DNA of 30,768 nt from a virus (taxonomy: Duplodnaviria > Caudoviricetes): the IMG/VR virus record IMGVR_UViG_3300027892_002536, positions 1 to 30,768 of that record. One strand, 5' to 3'. The position numbers and the translations under genes were made by a program. Each line of letters begins with the position of its first letter. Position 1 is the first letter of the stretch. Below the pieces are notes generated by a model that was not told the origin of the DNA, did not search any database, and worked only from the letters and a program-made list of their open reading frames with translations. Of this stretch, positions 24,369-30,768 are shown in pieces.

Positions 24369-25819
24369 ACGTTTACCTTTGTTACTGTGAACGGATATTT
24401 TGCGTCCTTGTAAAATTTCTTACGTTCAGTAAGATGTCGTTTAGCGTATTTGCAGGTAGAGGTGATGTCCCAAATCTCTACATGGTCTTTATCTTCTGCT
24501 CTTCTAATGCCTCGCCCAATGCTTTGTATAACGCGGACAAAGCTCTTTCCGGGTTCCAAAAGAACCAGATTAAAAATACGTGGAATATTAATACCCACAG
24601 CGGCCACACCATAAGTCGCCACAATAATCTTGTTATCACTTGTTTTAATTTCATCATATTCTTCCTTGCGGTCATCTAGTTTCATGCCGCCACTCACAAA
24701 CACCGCACCAGGCATCAAGGCTATCAATTTGTTACCGGTATCGATTCTATTGATCAATACTAAAGTGTTACCAGCAGCAGATATGCTGGTAATTTTATCA
24801 GCGATCCATTCGAGTCTCGTATCGTCGGTGACTAGAAATGTGTATTCATCTTGGAAAGATGTAAACACCTGCACATCTGTGGTCTGTAACACATTGATGT
24901 TTAATTGGGCCAGTACACCTTTGTTCTGTAAGTCATGCGCAGATACCTGATTGATCACTGGTCCGATACTGGCCAGTATGCCTTGATACTCCCAGGCTTC
25001 CTTAGGTACTGTGCCTGTGAGTCCCCATCGTATGGCACAGTTTTTAAAGTTCTGTGTCAATAGTTTAGTCAACACATCTGCCTTGGCCTGATGTACTTCG
25101 TCTACAATCACGGCTACCACGTCTTCGCAGAATTCTGCTAGAGTCATTGTGGCTTCGTCGTGACTTTTCTTGTCTAAGATATTAAGACTCTGCCACGTGC
25201 AGATAGTATGAGTACGACCTAGTTCTTTCCTATCACCAAAGTACACGCCAACGTCTAGTCCAAGATTTCGATAATCTTCTTCAGTCTGTACTACTAGACT
25301 TTTGTTAGGCACGATAATCATGGTACGTCCATAAGGTTCACAAAGATGACTCAGTGTGGCAGTGGTTATGGTCTTGCCTGCTCCTGTAGCTACTTCTTGC
25401 AGAGCCTGCGGATTTTCTAAAAATTTGTTGATAACATCATATTGATAATCACGTAGTACTATAGGAGTACCTGCTTCGATGTGTCCTTGCGGCCATGTCT
25501 TACCCTGATCCGCCCAATAGGTTTCCGATACAGGCTGGAATGAAAATTTATGCGGCGATCTCAGATCTTCGATATCCAGCTCATAGCCCGAATCTTCGAT
25601 GATGGGTAGGATCACATCCAGGTGTGCAAGGTATCCCGTGCCACCAATGCCAAAATAGGTCTTAGTTCCATCCCAACGTCCTAGTTTATATGCAGGCATG
25701 TGTCTAGCATAAGGCAAGTCGTATTTTAATTTATTAACGATTTTGCGACGAGTCTCCACACTGAGGCCTTCAAATTTTACATTGACTTCGTCTCGAATGA
25801 TCAGTTTACAGCTCGACAA
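24365..25819 (-). CDS. uvsW: SF2 DNA helicase, UvsW-like
   Basis: LRDYQ, ATGAGKT, DEVH, GLTGT, QSIGRGIR; start moved to the TTG at 25819 behind an AAGGA RBS. Confidence 0.85.
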   Translation of the reverse strand: MSSCKLIIRDEVNVKFEGLSVETRRKIVNKLKYDLPYARHMPAYKLGRWDGTKTYFGIGGTGYLAHLDVILPIIEDSGYELDIEDLRSPHKFSFQPVSETYWADQGKTWPQGHIEAGTPIVLRDYQYDVINKFLENPQALQEVATGAGKTITTATLSHLCEPYGRTMIIVPNKSLVVQTEEDYRNLGLDVGVYFGDRKELGRTHTICTWQSLNILDKKSHDEATMTLAEFCEDVVAVIVDEVHQAKADVLTKLLTQNFKNCAIRWGLTGTVPKEAWEYQGILASIGPVINQVSAHDLQNKGVLAQLNINVLQTTDVQVFTSFQDEYTFLVTDDTRLEWIADKITSISAAGNTLVLINRIDTGNKLIALMPGAVFVSGGMKLDDRKEEYDEIKTSDNKIIVATYGVAAVGINIPRIFNLVLLEPGKSFVRVIQSIGRGIRRAEDKDHVEIWDITSTCKYAKRHLTERKKFYKDAKYPFTVTKVNV

Positions 25820-26993
25820 TTTTTTGTCCTTTGGTTTCTGATGGTTTGATATTTCCAAGATATATCACACAAGGATGGCTGTTAACCCAATCTCTAGTCA
25901 TGACATTCGTAGGAGGAAAAATATTGTTTGTTACTAACAGTGTAACATCATCTAGGTCTTTAAACAACCATTTAGCCGGCCTCGATTCAAATATCAATAA
26001 TCTACCTGACTCTACTTTGCCGCCAACGCCTGCCAGCTTAATCCACTCATTGATGCCTGTGTCGCGATCCTTGCTGTCTCTAAAACACACCTTAATTTCA
26101 TCTCTATTGATACCTTGCGCATCAGCATCTGCCACAAACTTCTGTAGCCAGGTCAGTGTGTCTCCGGTTCGATCCAACATCACTGCTGCCTTGCCTGTGA
26201 TATTTTTATATAGGTCAAAAAACTTATCGTTAGATCTGATCCAAAAACTGTTTTCTGCGTGGGCAGCTATTTTTTCATTGATGTTTTTAGGTTGTCCGCG
26301 ATACGAATATCCCATCTGCTTGGCTCTAAGTAAATCTTTATCAGTCTCGCCTACACAGTGAAGATTGAACCATTGTTCAGCGTCAGCAGCAGCATTTACC
26401 AGGTGAACTCTACCATTGATGATATCCGACACAGGTAAAATTTCTTCCTGATTTTGCCAGATTTCTTCCACATCTGCTAACACATCTATAAAGGTATCGT
26501 CTATTTCAAAATTATTTCGATTGGCAAATTCGTACAGTGCTATGAGATTGAAATCATAGAGATTCAGCCGACGTAGTTTTTGATCTGCATCCCAGTTGTT
26601 GGATCTAGTGCTTGAGAGTTGATATGAATTTATCTGGTCATCAAACTCTTTTTTCAGCTGATAGGGAAATTTCACACAGACCTCAAGTTGGTCGCCGGCT
26701 GCTCGTTCTACATAGATTCGTTTAGTAAGGTCCAGTATGCGGAACGGCTGCTTCCACTGAAAATCTTTCACAGAGCTCGAATAATCTAATCCAGCTATCA
26801 TGGCCGAGTGTTGATACTTTTCTAGAATTTTCACCACATAGTCAGCTTGATTTTTCGTCAGAGGGTCTTGCTGTAATAATTTTGTGTAAAAACTTATCAC
26901 AGGGGGGTGATCCTGATGCTGCACTTTTACCTGTCCAGAATCTACTAATTGAAAAAACAGCTGAAATATATCTTCTGCGAATAATGATGACAT
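25806..26993 (-). CDS. Hypothetical protein
   Basis: 395-aa ORF coupled to the helicase. Confidence 0.85.
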   Translation of the reverse strand: MSSLFAEDIFQLFFQLVDSGQVKVQHQDHPPVISFYTKLLQQDPLTKNQADYVVKILEKYQHSAMIAGLDYSSSVKDFQWKQPFRILDLTKRIYVERAAGDQLEVCVKFPYQLKKEFDDQINSYQLSSTRSNNWDADQKLRRLNLYDFNLIALYEFANRNNFEIDDTFIDVLADVEEIWQNQEEILPVSDIINGRVHLVNAAADAEQWFNLHCVGETDKDLLRAKQMGYSYRGQPKNINEKIAAHAENSFWIRSNDKFFDLYKNITGKAAVMLDRTGDTLTWLQKFVADADAQGINRDEIKVCFRDSKDRDTGINEWIKLAGVGGKVESGRLLIFESRPAKWLFKDLDDVTLLVTNNIFPPTNVMTRDWVNSHPCVIYLGNIKPSETKGQKIVEL

Positions 26994-26999
26994 TATAAT

Positions 27000-27028
27000 A
27001 GTATACGTTGTTGTAACCAGTAAGTCAA
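27000..27028 (-). promoter_or_regulatory. Sigma70 promoter, leaderless to ORF 26993
   Basis: TTGACT, 17 nt, TATACT, 6 nt, ATG; the upstream gene's TGA lies inside the -35. Confidence 0.7.
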
Positions 27029-27858
27029 GTGATTTTTGATATCAATCTGGCTAATGGAATACCTCGGCTGATCTCATCCACGGTCCATTCAGTGTGGCAC
27101 AGCCTCAAAAACCATTCATCTCTATTTGGCATCGAGGGAGTTTCTATTTGATCCCACGTGATAGACAAATCCGAAGCCAAACTTGTGGAATCACACAGCA
27201 CAGGTGCCCCTTGTATTGCAGCTTGGACTGCGGGTCCACTGTTGTGATTGATCACACAGTGATAATTATAGAAAATATCAAAATCGTCATAGCTACCCGA
27301 TACCAATTGAGGACGTTCTAGTGTCACACCTGGTATATCTACACCAAACAATGATCTAGGATGCGGTCTCACTATGATTTTTCGTTGAGATTTGGCCTGT
27401 ATCTGTTTCACGACGTTTTCAACCCATGTCTTCATCGGCGGCATGCCTTCCCATTGCAGGCTGTGACTGTGTTGACATGCTATCAAGATATCTGGCCGTT
27501 GATCGGATCTTCTATCTCTCAGTTCGACACCTAATCTTTTTGGTCTATCTAAATCAAGATCCCAGTCGTTGGCAAATTCCCCAAGATTATTGATATGATT
27601 CAATGAAATTCGCCATGTGTGATTTCTACGTAGATTGCCTACTTCGATGATGATCACTGGTTTTTTGTTATTCTTGCACTGATAGTATACTTCACGGTTA
27701 CCACGCATCCTGCCAGACCATAACACTGACCAAATCACTGCAACATCTTCGTGATCATTGACTACGCTGTGGCCAAGAGACTGTGCTCCTTGTGTAAACG
27801 CATCAAAGATTGGTTGGCTGTTCAGTGCACCGTATTGGCGATATAATTTGAAGCGCAT
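27025..27858 (-). CDS. Putative GT-B glycosyltransferase (capsule-synthesis KpsC/KpsS-like)
   Basis: IIIEVG, IIVRPHP, VINHNSGPAVQAAIQGAPV. Confidence 0.65.
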   Translation of the reverse strand: MRFKLYRQYGALNSQPIFDAFTQGAQSLGHSVVNDHEDVAVIWSVLWSGRMRGNREVYYQCKNNKKPVIIIEVGNLRRNHTWRISLNHINNLGEFANDWDLDLDRPKRLGVELRDRRSDQRPDILIACQHSHSLQWEGMPPMKTWVENVVKQIQAKSQRKIIVRPHPRSLFGVDIPGVTLERPQLVSGSYDDFDIFYNYHCVINHNSGPAVQAAIQGAPVLCDSTSLASDLSITWDQIETPSMPNRDEWFLRLCHTEWTVDEISRGIPLARLISKIT

Positions 27859-27867
27859 CTAATATAA

Positions 27868-27885
27868 TAAATAACTGTGTATTTA
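27868..27885. promoter_or_regulatory. Divergent pair of TAAATA late-like boxes
   Basis: TAAATA at 27868-27873 (+) and 27880-27885 (-), between divergent genes. Confidence 0.55.
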
Positions 27886-27893
27886 ATGATATT

Positions 27894-28292
27894 ATGGCCA
27901 AGTTCGCAAAAAGACTAAAAAAATTATCCGGTTATACAGAAAACGCCTTGGTTGTAGGCACGGCGTTCGGAAATCTTGACCAACTGCTGGAGATCTACAT
28001 TAATGTATTCGTGATAAATGATGAACCACCATCGGTAAAGGCAAGAAATTTAATATATAAAGAAAATATTGACACTATACATTCACTTACTCAAATTGGT
28101 GGTATATTTGTCGACCTAGATAAAATTGATAAACTTGAATATTTAGAATCATGCTGGAATCGAAACAAATCAACGGTGTTCGTGGAAGGTAATGACTATA
28201 AAAATATTCATTTATCTAAAATTTTTTATCAAACAGGCTGGGGATGTACCAGTAATCAAGAAATTTATCATGTATGGGAAAAGATAAAATGA
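27894..28292 (+). CDS. Hypothetical protein, possibly a degenerate Rossmann fold
   Basis: 132-aa ORF with ALVVGTAFG. Confidence 0.75.
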   Translation: MAKFAKRLKKLSGYTENALVVGTAFGNLDQLLEIYINVFVINDEPPSVKARNLIYKENIDTIHSLTQIGGIFVDLDKIDKLEYLESCWNRNKSTVFVEGNDYKNIHLSKIFYQTGWGCTSNQEIYHVWEKIK

Positions 28293-29122
28293 AAATAGCG
28301 GTAGTTACGACCTTTCACGAAGAGGGTCTTAAAAAATATGGTCAAAGAATGATTAACACATTCTGCGAAAACTGGCCTGCTGAGGTAAAATTACATATCT
28401 ATCCTGAATCGTGTAATCCTGCTATTAGTGACCATGATCATGTCACACTAAAACGGTTAGAAGAACTTCCAGAACTCATGGCATTCAAAGAACGTTGGAA
28501 AAATGTTCCCAAGGCCAATGGAGATGTTTCGGCAGATCCTATAAGATCAAAAAGAAAAGACTCAGGCAAGGGATTTAAATGGCACGCTGTGAGATTTGCA
28601 CACAAAGTTTATGCGATATTTCACTGTGCTCAAGAAACTGATGCTGACGTATTAATATGGATGGATGCCGATACTATCTGTCACAGTCCTATCACCATGA
28701 ACGATCTATACAGAATGATTCCTACAGATTCTGAGTTATGTTATCTTGGCAGAAAAGGCAAATATTCAGAGTGTGGTCTGTATTCTATGAATTTAAGATC
28801 ACCAAATGTGCAGAGTTTTTTAAAAGAATTTCAGCGTGTCTATGATAATGCAGAAAATGGAATTTTTCAATTAGATGAGTGGCATGATAGTTTTGTATTC
28901 GACGACGTTCGTAAGAAATTTCCACAGATGCGACAACTAGATTGGGCTGCACACCTACACGATATCCGACCTAGCGCCGGAAACAGCACAGGTGAGGGGC
29001 ATCCATTAATTAACAGCGAGTGGGGTGCATGGCTAGATCATCTCAAAGGTGGTAGAAAGAAACTAGGTCGAAGCAAGCCTGAAGATTTAAAAGTTATTAG
29101 AACTGAGGCATATTGGCAATGA
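28289..29122 (+). CDS. Putative GT-A glycosyltransferase
   Basis: WMDAD (DxD), RFAHKVYA, EWHDSFVFD, DHLKG; start set by ATGA overlap. Confidence 0.8.
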   Translation: MKIAVVTTFHEEGLKKYGQRMINTFCENWPAEVKLHIYPESCNPAISDHDHVTLKRLEELPELMAFKERWKNVPKANGDVSADPIRSKRKDSGKGFKWHAVRFAHKVYAIFHCAQETDADVLIWMDADTICHSPITMNDLYRMIPTDSELCYLGRKGKYSECGLYSMNLRSPNVQSFLKEFQRVYDNAENGIFQLDEWHDSFVFDDVRKKFPQMRQLDWAAHLHDIRPSAGNSTGEGHPLINSEWGAWLDHLKGGRKKLGRSKPEDLKVIRTEAYWQ

Positions 29123-29886
29123 CTAATTTCATATCTCTAGAAGGCGCAGATTATGGAGTTAAAGAATTTACTCTCGGTAGTGGTGGAAAGTTTGTCAGCT
29201 ACGAAACAATGTATGAGAATACTACTGATCCGATGTGCTGGGCTGGGTTTTTTAAACCTGAGTGGTTAGAAATTTGCAAAAAGCACAGTTTAAAATTTTA
29301 CAATTTAGATAGTGGATATTTTGGCAATAAAAAGAGAAAAATAATCTTTAGATTAAGTGTTAATAATTTTCAAAATATCGATCCTATCATAGACAGGCCA
29401 GCAGATAGATGGGAACGCCTAGGTCTTGAACAATATTCTTTTAAACAAGGATCTTCAATTGTTATTGTACCCCCCGACAGAAAAATAGTTAATGCACTTA
29501 GACTAGGATCAGAGGATCGTTGGATTAACGATACCGTTGTTAAGATAAAAAGTTTTACAGATCGCGAAATTAAAATAAGAAAACGGCCGGCTCCTCGAGC
29601 CGATAGGATAGTGTCAAACACTTTTAAAGATTTTATTAAACACGACACTTTCTGTGTAGTGGGGTATTCTTCCAATGCACTAGTTGAGGCAGCAATGAAC
29701 GACATACCAGTAATAGCATTAGGAGATTCTGCTACTAGAAGCCTTTATAATTATCAATTGGAAGATATTGAAAAAATAAAGCCTGCTTATCTTAGTGACA
29801 AACAGGCTTGGTTAAATCATTTAGCCTATTCCCAATTTACTAGAGAAGAATTACTTTCCGGGCTAGCTTGGGAACTGATTAATTAA
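29119..29886 (+). CDS. Putative GT-B glycosyltransferase, paralog of 27025-27858
   Basis: LDSGYF, IKIRKRP, VVGYSSNALVEAAMNDIPV, WLNHLAYSQFT. Confidence 0.65.
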   Translation: MTNFISLEGADYGVKEFTLGSGGKFVSYETMYENTTDPMCWAGFFKPEWLEICKKHSLKFYNLDSGYFGNKKRKIIFRLSVNNFQNIDPIIDRPADRWERLGLEQYSFKQGSSIVIVPPDRKIVNALRLGSEDRWINDTVVKIKSFTDREIKIRKRPAPRADRIVSNTFKDFIKHDTFCVVGYSSNALVEAAMNDIPVIALGDSATRSLYNYQLEDIEKIKPAYLSDKQAWLNHLAYSQFTREELLSGLAWELIN

Positions 29887-29887
29887 T

Positions 29888-30601
29888 TTATTTTCCACCG
29901 TATCTTTCTGCATACGGTCCGGGTCCTAAAAATCTTTTTAAAATACTTGTATCTTTAGGACTATTTTTTCCTGTTTTTGGTGCCCATAGAAAATTTCTTT
30001 TGCTCTTAATATACACCGTCTCGTATCCGTAATTTTCCATCAAGGTGCAACATAAATCAACATCTTCATTGATTTCAAAAATTACCCAAGGTCTTTGTGT
30101 TGTAATAATATTATGCATGCCTTTCAGTGCATCTAGTTCCCAGCCTTGCGTATCTATTTTTATAAGGTCTACGTCTGATAGATTTTCGTCATCCAACTTT
30201 ACCACAGGAACAATATAATCAGATTTCACACCTTCTCTACATAGTTTTCCATCACCGCAATTCTTTCCGGCTTGATGGAATTTGGCCTCTCCGTTAAAAT
30301 CTGCCACTGCTTTTTCTCGTAATTCCATTCCGTCTGGTATGTTAGTTTTTATACACTCGATGTTTTGTTGTGATGGCTCATACGACACTACTTTGTTAAA
30401 ATGTCGAGTCATAGGTAAACTCCAGATTCCAACATTAGCCCCAACGTCTGCAAATGTTCTTTTATTTGGAAGGTGTTTTATTATTTCCTGTCTGTATTTG
30501 TCTTCGTAAGAAGGAGAAAACATATCGATATCTTTTTCTAATAAGGAAGTAACTCTAGTATCGTCGTCGGGAACTATCCACCCGTTATTTAATTTTTTCA
30601 T
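29888..30601 (-). CDS. FkbM-family methyltransferase
   Basis: ADVGANVGIW, YEPS, LIKIDTQGWE, RPWVIFE. Confidence 0.92.
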   Translation of the reverse strand: MKKLNNGWIVPDDDTRVTSLLEKDIDMFSPSYEDKYRQEIIKHLPNKRTFADVGANVGIWSLPMTRHFNKVVSYEPSQQNIECIKTNIPDGMELREKAVADFNGEAKFHQAGKNCGDGKLCREGVKSDYIVPVVKLDDENLSDVDLIKIDTQGWELDALKGMHNIITTQRPWVIFEINEDVDLCCTLMENYGYETVYIKSKRNFLWAPKTGKNSPKDTSILKRFLGPGPYAERYGGK

Positions 30602-30611
30602 TTGTTTTCCC

Positions 30612-30768
30612 CTATTCTTTTACTAGAACATGATCCCAGCCACGAGGACATATTGCTTTAATTTTATAACCTAACTCTTCAGTTACATATTTTAAGGTTT
30701 CTCTTTCAAAAAATACTTCCAATACTATTATAGGCCAGTCTCGTGTAATAGTTTTTAAACCACCTTTG
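30612..30768 (-). CDS. FkbM-family methyltransferase, C-terminal part (runs off the window)
   Basis: Manual translation KGGLKTITRDWPIIVLE...LGY...HVLVKE*. Confidence 0.7.
   Translation of the reverse strand, partial: KGGLKTITRDWPIIVLEVFFERETLKYVTEELGYKIKAICPRGWDHVLVKE

Noticed and set aside
139-30509. Many antisense or nested ORFs (e.g. 139-333, 474-710, 764-982, 1712-1939, 3464-3757, 10144-10536, 23169-23708, 25831-26361, 29370-29705)
   Set aside because: They are shadows of well-supported genes, with no RBS, promoter or recognisable motifs.
1-30768. Stop-codon reassignment (alternative genetic code)
   Set aside because: Coding density is high under the standard code, and TAA, TAG and TGA all end genes at sensible junctions.

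Overview
The window looks like a segment of a large, distantly T4-related dsDNA tailed phage. It uses the standard genetic code, and I saw no tRNA, rRNA, CRISPR array, integrase or transposase. (1) 1-2341 is an 'early' region of repeated modules, each a perfect TTGACA-17-TATAAT promoter, a conserved leader and a small ORF; the first module instead drives a structured non-coding RNA candidate. (2) 2342-5030 holds a near-perfect LexA/SOS box, then small, mostly membrane ORFs, several of which appear leaderless, starting 5 nt after a T4-late-like TAAATA box. (3) 5126-8564 is an operon of a YccA/BI-1 membrane protein, a flavin-dependent halogenase-like protein and two 2OG-Fe(II) oxygenases. (4) 8561-16679 is a replication block: Pol-beta-type nucleotidyltransferase, DnaB/gp41 helicase, a half carbamoyltransferase, primase, a 192-aa miniaturised DnaE-like (family C) polymerase, a zinc-finger protein and a gp62-like clamp-loader subunit. 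(5) 16681-30768 is a nucleotide-sugar, glycosyltransferase and methyltransferase region, including a WbpA/B/E/D-like gene set, interleaved with a UvsW-like helicase and a possible degenerate Hint-fold protein. The best candidates for new biology are the mini-DnaE, the late-expressed amino-sugar glycosylation island, the promoter-driven structured RNA, the LexA box and the leaderless promoter architecture. All protein calls come from motifs recognised by eye; no database searches were run.
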